A stretch of 48,870 bases of DNA from Octopus bimaculoides. Its lineage: Eukaryota. Both the position numbers and the translations under genes were made by a program. Of this stretch, positions 1 to 13,211 are shown piece after piece. The stretch spans positions 125,940,104 through 125,988,973 of the forward strand of contig NC_068983.1 of assembly GCF_001194135.2 (NCBI RefSeq), written 5' to 3'. The first letter of the stretch is position 1, and each line of letters starts with the position of its first letter. The notes beneath the pieces were generated by a model that saw only the letters and a program-made list of their open reading frames with translations, was not told the DNA's origin and ran no database searches.

Positions 1-398
1 ATATCAATTTCAATTTACGAAGGAAATGAAATTGGCATCTATTTTTTTGCGTAGAAGGTGAATGTGCAAATTGTATTCGGGCTAGATTTGAACACAGTAG
101 TCGACGGAGATGCTCGGATACATGAAAGTCATTTAATTTGAAGCCTGTACCAAATCAATTTCTCCCAACATAATATACATTGACACTTAGTTATTGATTT
201 ATAAATAATAACATAAGTTTGCTTTTCATATAATTCATAATTTGATACTTGAAAGTAATAAGAAAAACATATATATATTCTCTTGTGGCTTAGAAACCTT
301 GCGGACGTTTATTAGATTTGAATTTTTCCTACTTTAGAAAGCTTTAATTAGATTGTCTTCAATTTGTTTCAATTATTGTAGTAATTTAAATCAGAAGG

Positions 399-480
399 CC
401 TACATACATACATATTTACATACATACGTACATGCATTTATACATACATACATACATACATACATACATAGAAACATACA
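399..480. repeat. Imperfect (TACA)n microsatellite
   Basis: Directly visible tacatacataca... tract. It explains the MYVC-type spurious ORF at 416-655. Confidence 0.9.
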
Positions 481-1404
481 TAAATGTAACCGCACATAGG
501 TAGGTAATGATTTTATTTGACATATATAAGTATAAAAGTAAAATTATATATATACATGTACGTGTAAGAGAAGGCACGCTAGTGTCAGTGTTAGTCACTG
601 TATGTCTCCGTGTGCATTCCCCAATGGACAGAAGATAAATATTCAATGCACACATCCTTTGAGTATAATTATATTAATATAGTTGAATCTTGTGAGGATT
701 CTCGTATCTTCACGTACACGTGATTTTTCCGGGCGTAGAAAGTTCATGATGATGATGATGATACATATAGGTACATATGCCTCTTCATACTTAACGTTTG
801 ATATCTGTATATCAGTGTTTATTTTGAAATAGAAATAATTATGAGTTAGCGTCTTCAATCCTGCTGAATAACAAGTTATATAAATTTGAGGGCCTCGAAG
901 CCTGAGAGGGGTATTTTGTAGGCTGAACGTTAGTGTATGAAGAAATACTTGCAGACATACATATATACAAACACATATATTCATAGAAATATATACAAAT
1001 ATACGTATGTATGTATATATATATATATATATATATNNNNNNNNNNNNNNNNNNNNNNNNNNNNNNNNNNNNNNNNNNNNNNNNNNNNNNNNNNNNNNNN
1101 NNNNNNNNNNNNNNNNNNNNNNNNNNNNNNNNNNNNNNNNNNNNNNNNNNNNNNNNNNNNNNNNNNNNNNNNNNNNNNNNNNNNNNNNNNNNNNNNNNNN
1201 NNNNNNNNNNNNNNNNNNNNNNNNNNNNNNNNNNNNNNNNNNNNNNNNNNNNNNNNNNNNNNNNNNNNNNNNNNNNNNNNNNNNNNNNNNNNNNNNNNNN
1301 NNNNNNNNNNNNNNNNNNNNNNNNNNNNNNNNNNNNNNNNNNNNNNNNNNNNNNNNNNNNNNNNNNNNNNNNNNNNNNNNNNNNNNNNNNNNNNNNNNNN
1401 NNNN

Positions 1405-2167
1405 TCCGGTATAGGGGAGATAATCGAAATCTAGGAGGTGGTAGAATTTGATTAATTTACCATGGTTTTGTTCTATATTTTTCCCCCCTTTTTTCTCAGT
1501 GGGGTGATGAATTTCCTTATTTAAATGTGTTAGCAATGGTTAAGTTTAGGTTTGTATTTTTGAATGAAAAAGGTTTCCTTATTTAATCTAATCTGTGTTG
1601 GTGTTTTAATGGCACATTGATAAAAAGGAAAGATTAAAAATTGTGGTAGCATTTGTTTTGCGCATTTCTCAATATGATCACTAAAAGGTATCATTCGGTA
1701 TTCTGGGTATGCAATCTGCTGGCGGTGCAGAGTGCATCTACATCTGAGCGATAAACCTGTGGACCCTATGTAGTTCTCGTGGCAACCCGAACATCTTATT
1801 ACATATATAAGATTGTCTGAGGCACAAGTAAATTTAGATTTAACTTTGAATTTGTGTCCCTCTTTGAAGAGGAATTCTGAACCTTCTAGAATGTTTGGGC
1901 ATGTTGCACAATTTGGTCGACCACATTTGTTTACTTTCGCATCTGTTGTTTCGGAAAATAATTTTGCCTTTGTGAGGATCTTTTTCAGTGATTTTGGTTG
2001 TTTGTGGCTTTTGATGATTTTGTGTGTGTGTAAAATTTCCTTTACTTTGTGGTCCTTAAACACATTCCCCGAAAATACTGCCGTACATACCCACATACAA
2101 CCCCAGAAACAAAGAAGCCTTCACCATCATCACCCAAAACATACCAATGCTACATAAGGACCACAAA
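1405..2167 (-). mobile_element. Penelope-like retroelement 3' fragment (probably Neptune clade) with GIY-YIG endonuclease and an inverted 5' segment
   Basis: The minus frame is stop-free from 2057 to 1530. It contains the linker KCGRPNCATC, the GIY-YIG core LIYVIRCSGCHENYIGST..LRCRCTLH..FSDH and the C-terminus KETFFIQKYKPKLN. The upstream linker KILPYIPTYNPRNKEAFTIITQNIPMLHKDHK lies on the + strand at 2072-2167. The left end runs into an N gap. The clade call rests on the Cys-rich linker (family knowledge). Confidence 0.9.
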
Positions 2168-2697
2168 TTAAACAAAGAAAATAAAGGATGAAGGAAATTT
2201 GTTTAATACTACACTTTCTAAATCGAATTGCCTTTGGATTGAAACCTAAAATACATTTTATAATACAACATATAACGATTAACTATTTAAAATTCTCTTA
2301 GTTTCTCGTTGATATGAAAGCTTAGTTTCTCACATACCATACGTAGAATAAAATTAATTCAAATTTCCTAAAGCATTTTTGATGGAAGCAAAACAGTTTA
2401 GATAATTTTTTAACTGAATTATTGGTGCGATCTAAAATATCGTTTAATTAACATTAGTAATAATTTACATAAACACAATTGACAGCTCTAGTGAAGATGA
2501 TAGCAATTCTGATATTGCAATTAAAATAACTATTAGAAGAGAAATACATTTTCTTCTTAGAGTGCTGGGAAAAACAAAGAAGGTGGTATGAATGCAATTG
2601 TTAAATCAAATCATTTAATTAATATGTGTGAAACCCCGAAGAAAAATCGTTTGCAATTTATACTCATGGAATGAATCTGATGGTGATATTTCATCTA

Positions 2698-3925
2698 TTA
2701 GGTTGTTCCGAACATAATGGCCGCTCTAAGTGCTGTGTTTTGAAACACAATTTCATCATAGTATTTTAATTATATTTCGGCATACTTAATAACTGATATA
2801 TGCTCTTTTATAATTTTTTTGCTCTTTGTGCGACAGAAAACATTCTTGAGGCATAGGTACCCTTACTTATGAACATGACAAAAGGATCTACGCTTACTTT
2901 TCTTGCTTGGGCACAATGGCAACCAAACTGCTGCCATATGAACAGAGCACGGGGAGAGAGGTCTACAAGTATTCACACAGTACGAAATTGGTTTCAGAAA
3001 TTCTGTAGTGGTGATGAGAGCCTTGACGATGAAGAAGGTGGAGGACAGTCGTGTAAATCTTGACAATGAACGATTGAAAGCAACTGAACGAAACCCACGT
3101 CAAAGTTTCAGAGAAATATCTCAGGCATTTGGTATCGGTATTGCAACGGTCTCAAGCAAGCTGCAGAAGATTGGTAAGGTGAAAACTCTCGGTAAATGGG
3201 TACTGGATGAGCTCAATGAAATTCAAAAAGTTCGGCGTTTTGAGGTGTGCTCCATGCTCTTTCTGCGTAACACCAGTGATACTTTTCTTAGCCGAAATAG
3301 TCACTTGTGACGAAAAGTGGATCTTTTAGGATCGTGATGAGTCCCCCAAACTTTTCCTAAAGCCAAAGTTGCATCTGCAAAAGATTATGGTGATTGTCTG
3401 GTGGTCTACAATTAGTGTTGTCCATTACAGCATTCTGGAAGCCAATAAAAGTATTACAGCAGAGGTTTACTGCAACCAACTCGTTCAAATGTATGCTTAC
3501 TTGCAAAAAATGAGACCTACATTAGTGAATCGGCATGGCCCAAATCTTCTCCACGATAATGCAAAGCGTCATGTTGCAAGAATGGCGCTGCAGAAAATAA
3601 CAGACTTGGGATAGGAGACTTTACCGCATCCTCCATATTCTCCTGATCTTTCACCCTTTAACTACCGTTGTTAAAGCATTTAAACACGTTTTTAAGTGAT
3701 AAATCTTTCAAGTCCAAACTAAAGGTAGAATTAGCTTTTAAAGGTTTCTTATCATGAAAGCCAATAAGGTTTTATTAACAAGGCATAAATAATCTCGTTG
3801 ATCGATGGTAGAGATGCATAGATGGTCACGGCTCATACTTCGACTAATCAAAACATTTCTATTATTAATTTTTCCAGAATAAAAATATTTTTCTGAAATC
3901 GGTTATTATTATCGGAACAGCCTAA
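2698..3925 (+). mobile_element. Full-length degenerate mariner transposon (DD34D type, Mos1/Hsmar1-like)
   Basis: 28-bp imperfect TIRs: TTAGGTTGTTCCGAACATAATGGCCGCT versus TTAGGCTGTTCCGATAATAATAACCGAT (reverse complement), 22/28 identical. Flanked by TA at 2696-2697 and 3926-3927; length 1228 bp. Transposase remnants: TVRNWFQKFCSGDESL, KWVLDEL (WVPHEL), VTCDEKW, VWWS, LLHDNA, HPPYSPDLSPFNY. Frameshifts, stops and D-to-N at the third catalytic position indicate inactivity. Confidence 0.95.
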
Positions 3926-4059
3926 TACATATTCACATTCGAGACACAATTAAAGAAAAAAAAACGCGTTTGTGTGGTGTGCATGTATCTATTTCTCTAT
4001 ACACAGTCACTCGCATATTGGTACATGCATATATACAAATTCGCCAGCATGTGTAAAAT

Positions 4060-5370
4060 AACATTGTGCGAGCCAACCCTGGGTCATGTATAAGTTGATG
4101 GGCATGCATAAGTTGGTGAGCCTATCAACTAGCTTGAATGCTTTCACGGAGGTATAGAGATGAAAACCGTTATGACATGCCAATATCCACGAAATTTTTA
4201 GCCTAAGATCTTAGCCATCTTTGATTGTCTTGCTGATAGGAGGTATAGATTAATATGGTGACCAATTTGAAAGATGGTCGGCATAAAAGATGAGAGAGGC
4301 CTCGCTGAGAAATCGAGTTTAGGCACCCTCTAGTGATCGCTGTCGTGCCCAGCATTCGGGGTCCTTGAATAAAACGGATTCTACTGTAGCACGAGACAGA
4401 TTTAAGGCACGTAATAGTTTTGGTGCTTTCATAGCTTGTTGGATCCTGACAATGATCTCACATTACTAATGTTAACGACTGTACTGTCAAAGTGGATAAC
4501 AGAGCCAAAGTAGTATAAATGGGAAACGGACTCAATAGACCCCGATGAAAGTTTAAAATCACCCACACGAGCAATTTCGTCATGGAGCGGTATATTGAGG
4601 GACAATCTTCAATGCCAGCCTACTACATGTATGTGAGAAAAGGTTGGTTTATGCATCTGTATGAGACAAGTAATGTCATCTTCAAAGTTGAGGTCAATTA
4701 GATACGATGCTGAATAACGAGGACATTGACTGTGGTGAATAGTTATGCCTAGTTCAGATACCATAGCGTACCCTATTACATAGTCCAAGGTGACTATGTA
4801 AAAGAAAGAATCTAAGATGTCTCCTTGGAGTATTCCTCTGTTGGTTGCGGATGTGTCTACATCAGGGGGGGCATATGAAATATTTGCAGCCCGCAGAGGT
4901 CAAGCAGATAGCTTTTACAACTTTTTTGGTACGCCATAGGCAGAAAGAATCAGAAACATTTGCTCACGCTGGACAGAGCCTAAGGCTTTGATGAAATACA
5001 AAATGGCGGCAAATAAACATTTATCTTCCTTTACTGAATAATTTTCTTGAAATCAGCAAGTCTGTGAAACGTTAATATGGGTCCAAGGCGGGAGTAGACT
5101 TAACGAAATCTCTTTTGGCTTGATCTGAGTAGAGTTTCGATAGGGTTTCGCATGTGATACGGCTGAAGAGTTTTGCGGAGCATGACATCAGAATAATGTC
5201 ACGATGCGAGAAATAATATGACACTCTATTTTCCTGAACAGAAATGATGCGGTTAAGCTTGAATTCCGATGGGGCTTGAAAACTGATGTAAGTAAAATTT
5301 AAAATAAGAAGCAAAAGAAGTAATTGGGATGGGATTATTGCACGCCAAGAACCGAGTGGTGACTTATAGA
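4060..5370 (-). mobile_element. Degenerate RTE-clade LINE, reverse-transcriptase region
   Basis: Minus-strand remnants: HRDIILMSCSAKLFSRI (cf. YRGITLMSIAAKLYNRI), FIKALGSVQREQMFLILSAYGVPKKL, GILQGDILDSFFYIVTLDYV (QGD motif) and LIDLNFEDDIT (cf. LDFADDI). Many stops. Confidence 0.8.
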
Positions 5371-5559
5371 ATCATCCTCTTCGTAAGCTGGCAGGCAATC
5401 TTTGCAGCTGGTCCAAGAGCGTATCGACAAACGCTCTAAGTTATCCAAATTAAATATTTATATTTCTTTCTATTTCTTCGTGGGCCCCTCTCTCAATCGC
5501 AGTCTCTCCACACACACACACCAACACACGCACACACACATACACACACATGCATATAC

Positions 5560-6140
5560 ATACTATTTTTGACCAATGGGTATCGGGATTGTTGCCATAG
5601 TAACGAAGCTGAAGCACGCAGAGTGAAACCGCTTTAAACGCATTAATCTTGAATGCTGCTGTGCATGTGTACTAAGCTTTAACGTCCTAGCTCATTTCTG
5701 CTGTTTACAGCAACACATAGAAGGAAGGTGTGTAGCGGGTGACGGTCGCATTCACTATGACAGAGAAAGTTGTCATGGCGGTGCCTATTCAGAGGCCTAT
5801 GAAATGTTGAAGAAAGTGTATGGCGAGGAGTGTATGAGCTGCACACATGTGTACAAGTGGTTCACACTTTTTCAAGATGGCTGAAAAAATGTCGATATTT
5901 TCGAACTGAGAAAAAAGTCACGGATGTGCGTTCAACTGTCAGGGAAAATTGTCGAATCCCTATCCGTGTGGTATCAGAGGACGTGCAGATTATTTATGGT
6001 TCAGTTCAGTTCAATGTCGGTAAATATTTGTGTATGAGACACGTATCTGCCAAAACCGCTTTCAGCTGAACAACAAGACGCATGGTTTTCAGTTGCACAA
6101 GATCTTGATTGTGTTGAGAACGATGAATACTATTTGAAAA
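5560..6140 (+). mobile_element. Mariner transposase 5' fragment (HTH region, irritans/Hsmar2-like)
   Basis: ATG at about 5758. Remnants: SEAYEMLKKVYGEECMSCTHVYKWF, VRENCRIPIRVVSEDVQIIYGSVQ..LCMRHVSAK and VAQDLDCVENDEYYLK. It stops just before the first catalytic Asp. The 5' boundary is uncertain. Confidence 0.75.
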
Positions 6141-6219
6141 CTTTGCGTACCTCTCTGAGCAGGTATCACCAAGCATGTGGCAAAATTTGATGCAGATTCT
6201 CTGAACAAATTTCTCTCTC
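6140..6219 (-). mobile_element. Short mariner N-terminal fragment in the opposite orientation
   Basis: Minus strand reads REKFVQRICIKFCHMLGDTCSERYAKF, matching the mariner N-terminal motif EQRICIKFC..LG....ETY. Confidence 0.7.
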
Positions 6220-7862
6220 GGGGACTTGCCTATAATTGAAGTGCATAAAATTTTAAAAAAAGAAAAAAATTTGTAACATTTTCTACATATGAAAGAATGA
6301 TACAAAAAATAAAAATAAAAGAAACAGTATTAACTTTGCAGCTTGTTGTCCGACAAAGAATTAACATAAGATGGAAAACAAGAATGAACATTGTACATAC
6401 ACTTTCCTAATACTGGAAATGCAAGGACAGAAAAGCTTATGTTAAAATGTGAAACTGTAGATGTACTTCTTTGCAATCTAGAGCTTATATGTGTTTATAT
6501 GACGCCTAGTAACGTTATCTTATTTCGTTTTTCATATACTAATCTTAGTAACTGTTTAACATATGTATTCAATAGAAACATTTTTATGGAACAGGTTAGG
6601 ATGAATTTAGACTATATGTTTGCAAATCTATCTACCACCATCATTTAATAATTTTCAAACAGCTACAAATATCTATCAGAGCAAAGTTTTAACTTTTTGA
6701 AATTACATTTGTATTTATTGGTGTTGTAACAAAGCATATGTAAATTTAACATTTAATAAATTATGTTATTGCCACGGAAATGCGCGTAAAATTAATGTAA
6801 TTCAATTATATGCTTTTGTTTTCATCTGTGTTTTAAACTTAATTTAACCATTTAACCAGCAAACTTAGAAGATTCTCGTCTGAGATCTTTGAATTAGATG
6901 TTTGACTGATAATTTTCATTAGTATTTCTTAAAAACAATGAATTTGTGAGACCGCATGTTTGTTTTGTGTGCGCCTGTTTAACTGCATTACACAATATAT
7001 TTCCACTTATACGCACGCATAAACATATGCCTATATACGCATAAAGTCTGTCATACCGGCCATGATGAAATACCACAAGGTATAGAAAATACGTATTCGC
7101 CTTTATATATTTAATCCTTTATATTGAACACTCAATATTTCATCTATTCAATAAGGCATATTCCATATATTCAATAAGACATTTAATACTTTATTTCATA
7201 GTACCATCCATTTTTTATTTTATATTATATATTGTATATTATATTATATATTGTATATTCCATATTCTATATCCCACATTGGTTTTGCAGGAATATAAAT
7301 AAAACATAAAAAACAGACAGTGTTGGAACTCTTTTAAGCAAAATAATATATTCCTCTATACACAATCATAGAAAACCCCTTTTTCTGTATTTATTTTTAC
7401 TAGCTTATATATATATATATATATATACTAGCACATACACACTCACATAGGGATTAAACATTAACTGAAAAATAAAATTGAATTAATATGCTTTCTTTTT
7501 TCTGAAATTGGACGAAATTCAATGAGCCTCATACTTACACGGCATTTCTTTAGATCAAACTGCTAATGACTCGAATCGAGATTCTTAATTTGTGACGAAA
7601 AGGACACGCAGTACAATTGGTGGAAACTACTGTACCTCTATTGTTGCAGTCTATGTACAATAGAGCAAACAATATTCAATTCGTAAGGAATTGTTTCACG
7701 CAAGAAATTTACTTTCTTTAATAATAATAAATAAACATTATTCAGAAATGTTAATTAAATGTATTATAATATATAATTCATAATTATATATTATGCGTAA
7801 TTATAATATATAATGCATAATGTCACGTTATTTGAGAACAGAATTACTTAAATATGCGGAGT

Positions 7863-7905
7863 TCCAGCATGGCCGCTATCAAAATGACTGAAACAAGTAA
7901 AATAA
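7863..7905 (+). mobile_element. Isolated SINE 3' tail
   Basis: CCAGCATGGCCGCTATCAAAATGACTGAAACAAGTAAAA closely matches the 3' end of the SINE at 19654-20044 (CAGCATGGCCGCAGTCAAATGACTGAAACAAGTAAAAG). Confidence 0.75.
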
Positions 7906-8497
7906 TACAATAATTATATTACATAAAATTTAAAAAAAAAACCAAACAAACAAGCCTTTTTGCAATGAGCTGTTGTTACTATGAAAAGTTTCGTGTCATT
8001 CTGTTTTTCAAAAGATTTCTTATTATAAACACAGACGTGTTTTCAGAAATTCTCTCATCAAGTATATCTATACACGCGCGCGTATACACACACACACACG
8101 CATGCATCCGCACGCGTACACACACACAAAGATGCACCACATGCAAAGGCACATAGACGCGGAAACAAATCCTCCCACGCCTGCTCACATGCACACATAT
8201 AGGCACATTTATCTATAAGTGTGAACGTTATGTTAGGTAAAATATGTTTGTGACGTATTTGAACTTCTACAGGCAAATTCACTGCAGTTAGTGTGGAAAA
8301 AAATTTCCCTTATGGTAAAATGTGGAAAACAACTTACAACACGGTAACTGAAGTAAATTTCAATTTTTACGTTGAAATCTGTCACAAACATATTTTAACT
8401 AACCAAAAGTTTATGCCTACAAACTGCCTGGCACTGCTACTACTAAACATGTATATATAAGTGTACATATGTGCGTAAAAAATATATTTGTAATTGT

Positions 8498-8607
8498 ATT
8501 CATATATATATATATACGTGCGTGTGTGCGCGTAAATGTATGTATATACACACACATACGCACACACGCACGCAAACACGCACATACATGCACACACGCA
8601 CATACAT

Positions 8608-8665
<58 letters not shown>

Positions 8666-8672
8666 GCACATA
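8498..8672. repeat. Compound (TA)n/(CA)n microsatellite
   Basis: Directly visible. Confidence 0.95.
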
Positions 8673-9520
8673 TATAGGTAGCGGTGAATAAACTGTCGTC
8701 TAAATTACGCAAATATGAAAATAACACTGACATCTCATTTTCATAGATATATTTATCAAAATTACATAAAAACGTCTTGAAATATTAAAGAGGAAATTCA
8801 TAAAGAAAAAAAATTACCATTGGTTTCAACCATGGAATCCAGACGACTTCGAAATCTCGAGCAACTATTCTGAACGGTCTCCTAATTTAATTTGGTGAAA
8901 GCTCCCATAATCCTTCAATTCAACTGATCTTTGGAGTTACAAGGAGGTTTTTTTTTGGTCTCTCGCTCAACTGCGCCTCACACATAATAATCAAGGGGGT
9001 TGCAGTCTTGGGAGTTAGGTGGCCAGGTGTTAGGAGACATGTGGTCGCAGAAAATGTCTGACAGCCACGACTGGGTTTTCCTGCTTGTGTAGCATTATGC
9101 AGAGTCCTTTTGCCAGACATTGGATCTTCTAGCAGTCAGACTCTTCACTCAGGGCAGCACTACCTCTTCCAGGTAGTTTATGTATGGCTCCATGTTAAGT
9201 GTGAGGCCGTGTGAGAAGATGAATGGAGGCATAACGTCGCCATCACTAGTGATCAATTCAATCACCATGATGTTGACTGGATGTTTGATTTTTATCACTC
9301 TCTCTATATGTTTTGGGCACACGGCAAGCCAACGGTTCTGTGTTTTCACCATCTGATCCTGGCAGAATTTCCTTTCGTCTGTAAAGTTTTGTTAGCAGTT
9401 CATGACTCTCTGGGAAGGCATTCAACCAAAGGTTAGGAATTGTATTCTTTCCTGGAAACTTCCATTTGCTTGAATTCCTGAGAGCAGATCTTGCATCCAC
9501 TACTCACTTTTACTCTTCTA
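8673..9520 (-). mobile_element. Tc1/mariner-superfamily DD37D (maT) transposon, 3' part
   Basis: Minus strand reads KFCQDQMVKTQNRWLA, ITSDGDVMPPFIF, VWQKDSA*CYTSRKTQSWLSDIFCDHMSPNTWPPNSQDCNPLDYYV*GAVERE and RFRSRLDSMVETNGNFF. I counted exactly 37 residues between the second and third Asp. A probable terminal repeat at about 8673-8700 abuts a TA tract; the other end is not seen. Confidence 0.9.
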
Positions 9521-9529
9521 AGTAATCTA

Positions 9530-10060
9530 AGTCAGTAGATGTTCTATCAATCGGTGGAACCTTTTTATTCTTCATTCTTTCTTCTTTCCAAATGTTAATC
9601 TAATGTTTTCCTCACTTCTTTTGGTGGGACGGACTTTACTCTAACTGGTATTTTCGCTATCCTTCTATAAAAAAAAATCAGGTTCTGTTTGAACATGTTG
9701 CCCTTGAAGAATGTATAAATTTTCCATACTGTGTTATGCGTGCAGCTTTAACAGATACCCTTTGCTTGATAGATTCTATTTGTGGTATCTATCTCAAGTA
9801 TAGTTTTCATATTTTACTTCCATCCAATTCATCCTTAATGCTTGATCTTTTGTAGCTACTAACAAAATTTCTCTCTCCCTCTTCAGCTTTACTTTGCTGC
9901 AAATATCTTTGGGAATCCTCCATGGATCACCTTCTCCTGCGAGATAATTTCTATTACTTTTCTGTGTTTTAACTTCGTTTGCAGTTTTGATTTCCCTATG
10001 ATGTTAGCACTTAATTGCTTAGTCAGATAATGTCTTAATGAAATGTTATCCATTAAACCT
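9530..10060 (-). mobile_element. R4/Dong-type non-LTR fragment (region N-terminal to RT)
   Basis: IESIKQRVSVKAARITQYGK..FFKGNMFKQNL.FFYR..VPPKEV parallels VELKQKLKAKAHKLKRYEQ..NRLFEQNQKRVYQ of the element at 22-25 kb. Confidence 0.65.
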
Positions 10061-11523
10061 TCTCAAAATGCATATTTAAAAAAAAAAATATATCAGTTGT
10101 TAAAGAAAGACTTACAAGCAACATCTGCTTATATGAGATTATCTTTCTAAAACATAGCAGATAACACTTCAGGTCTTTCCAACCTAGTTTCATATAATAC
10201 TAAAAAGCTATAGTATAGTTCAGTAAGTCCGCTGATATAGTTGTCAGTTAGATAGGGCATAGTCTCAACGAAGGATGCAACGCAACTTCCAATCTATGTC
10301 TTCATAAAATTGATTACTGTTAGTTTACTATTTGAAATGTATAACCACCAAAATATATACATATATGCAAGCAATGCATTTTCTATAACTAAACTTCTGT
10401 TACTAAAGATAAATTATTCTTTTGACACTTCCATAATTTACCGTTCATGAATTAAGTACCAAGTTGACATTGGAAAGCCTTTTATAAAATAAATATCATT
10501 TGAAAGCTTGAATTTCATATATCCAGTAGCAGGTTTCTCCATCGCACATTTAGCTTTGAATAGTAATTGACTAGTAACCATCTTCCAGATGAAATCTTAG
10601 ATACCACATGTTTCGTATTCATGTAGGAGCAGTAAGAGGGCGTTAGTTTATTGTAGTTTGAGAACTTGAATAAGTTACGCAGTGTTCGGAAAATATGCTC
10701 AAAACTCTCATCGACATTAACAATCTAATTCCAATCATAGATAAATTCGGGACAACTCTAGCTGATATAGATATCAAATTTTATTTAGTGACTTTCCTAT
10801 GTAACTACTGAAGCAAATTTAATCATAGATTCAGAAGCTTACAGGTAAAGGTAAAACGTTATGAAATTCTCATAGTTTAGTAAGAAAGAAAATTAAATTT
10901 CATTGGCTTTCGTACTTGTTGAGTCAAGCTATAGCCATGTGTCTTTTCAACAATCAACAGCTCAGAATCTGTAAGACATTGTAGTTTCCGTTTGTGTCTA
11001 TAAACCATGCTACGCTTCAGACTTAATACTGCACGATAAATATTCAAATAAGTATTCCATTTACTCAATAACACATAACCGGAAATCTCTTTGCGGGACT
11101 GTTTATCTTTGAGATGCTGACAAAACTGTAATGCCAGTTCGAAAATAATGCGCTCTCAAGTCAGCTAACTATTTTATAGATTCCAAAACAGAGTATATAC
11201 GTGATCGGCTGTTACAAAAGTGTGAGAGTAATCCATCGGGAAAACTATATAATTTGATTTCAGGTAGCTATGAATAATTAAAAAAAAATTTTACTTTCGC
11301 AATACAAATTATTCATACACATATACAACAATATGTTCTTTAAACTCAATTGTATTTATTTCAAAGTGGTTTTCTTAAATGATATGTCACATCCGATTTA
11401 TCATATTCCAGACAGGAAAAAACAAAACAAAACATAACATCAAAATTTTGTTTCGAATTTTGATGAACCATTATAGTGTTGGATATAAATAATAAATAAG
11501 ACAGCCATGTTCAACCCTACCCC

Positions 11524-11556
<33 letters not shown>

Positions 11557-11599
11557 GGGTGAGTGTGTGAGTGTGTGTATGTACTAGTATATTCATGTT

Positions 11600-11635
<36 letters not shown>

Positions 11636-11639
11636 CACA

Positions 11640-11705
<66 letters not shown>

Positions 11706-11745
11706 GATAGATAGATAGATACATATAAATATAGATATATATGCA
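11524..11745. repeat. Compound (TA)n/(TG)n/(AGAT)n microsatellite
   Basis: Directly visible. Confidence 0.95.
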
Positions 11746-12185
11746 CATACATCATGTTTGCATATATAGAGACATAATTATGTATCTTCGATGTAATTCT
11801 TAAAATTGACTTGAAGCAACGAAGGTGCAATGAAGATTCAGTAACCCGTTTTATATTGGCCATTACTTAAATGCAGTTTTCGTAATCGGACTATATTTTA
11901 CGCGCATGCACGAACATAAGTAATCTGTCAATTGATTTTCTACTTGCCAAACATTCTATGTTGGAATATTGCTACAACTTCTATCAAAGCTTAACATTTC
12001 AATCTCTTCTTTTTTAAGAGTTAATATTCTTCATTGTTTTTTATCATTATGTGCGCGTTATATTAACAAGTGTTTGCATTATTTCCTCTTATATGTGCCT
12101 GCTTTATATTTTACATTTTCAACCGTTGCATGTTTTGCAGGAGTTCTACGAGGAATTAACATTCCATTAATTGAACGAAAGAGTC

Positions 12186-12390
12186 GTGCTGGCAGAACCA
12201 TTAGCACTCCAGGAAAATGCTTAGCGACATTTCGTCCGTGTATAGGTTCTGAGTTCAAATACCACCGAGGTCGATTTTTCCTTTCATCGTTTCACGCTCG
12301 ATAAAATAAGTATCAGTTGCACACTGGGATCGATGTAAACAAATTACACCTTCCTTCAAAATTCCTAGCCTTGTACCAAAAGTTGAAATC
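12186..12390 (+). mobile_element. tRNA-derived SINE with a Meta/Sauria-like core
   Basis: A-box-like TGGCAGAACCATTAG and B-box GAGTTCAAATACC, then core GAGGTCGATTTTTCCTTTCATCGTTTC...GATAAAATAAGTATCAG. Related copies lie at 20435-20525, 33255-33330 and 34694-34840. The core name is from memory. Confidence 0.8.
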
Positions 12391-13211
12391 AATTTTTCAT
12401 TGACTGGTATACCTATGCATGTGTACCCTAAGTGGTTTCATTTCCTCGTGATTTGAAGAAAGTTGTTGAGTTTTTAAATGAAAATTTCAGGGAGTGTACA
12501 TTACAATTATAAAGATTTTTATATGAAAAAAAAAAAAAAAATTGGTAGACACGTACACATAAATACTGTCACAAACACAAAACTATATGTCCAAAATAGA
12601 AATTTAAATTGTGGAAAAGAATGTCACTGTGTTGCAGTACGTATGTGAGCCTGCTCAACATTTTTTTCTTATTAAATTCCGATATAATAGTAGCTTACCC
12701 AGCCTGAAAGATATTTCTCGAAAGTTTCATTTAAAAATATGTATTTTACGAAAATAATGACGAATTAAAGACGATTCGGGTGAATTATATGAAATATGTG
12801 AATTTNNNNNNNNNNNNNNNNNNNNNNNNNNNNNNNNNNNNNNNNNNNNNNNNNNNNNNNNNNNNNNNNNNNNNNNNNNNNNNNNNNNNNNNNNNNNNNN
12901 NNNNNNNNNNNNNNNNNNNNNNNNNNNNNNNNNNNNNNNNNNNNNNNNNNNNNNNNNNNNNNNNNNNNNNNNNNNNNNNNNNNNNNNNNNNNNNNNNNNN
13001 NNNNNNNNNNNNNNNNNNNNNNNNNNNNNNNNNNNNNNNNNNNNNNNNNNNNNNNNNNNNNNNNNNNNNNNNNNNNNNNNNNNNNNNNNNNNNNNNNNNN
13101 NNNNNNNNNNNNNNNNNNNNNNNNNNNNNNNNNNNNNNNNNNACCAGTCGAAGTGAATTTTTTGTTCAGAAAATAGGATTCCCTGCCGGAATATAATTAT
13201 TTTCTTTTCTT

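Noticed and set aside
7529-7545. ATACTTACACGGCA, resembling the U1 snRNA 5' end
   Set aside because: There is no further U1 similarity. It is the reverse complement of a GTAAGTAT donor-like motif with no open exon frame upstream.
10900-11030. Possible minus-strand exon (VLSLKRSMVYRHKRKLQCLTDSELLIVEKTHGYSLTQQ); similar candidates near 28160-28345, 29860-29955, 31200-31500 and 40020-40053
   Set aside because: Splice signals are weak, I recognise no domain, and the candidates do not form a consistent gene model. RNA-seq is needed.
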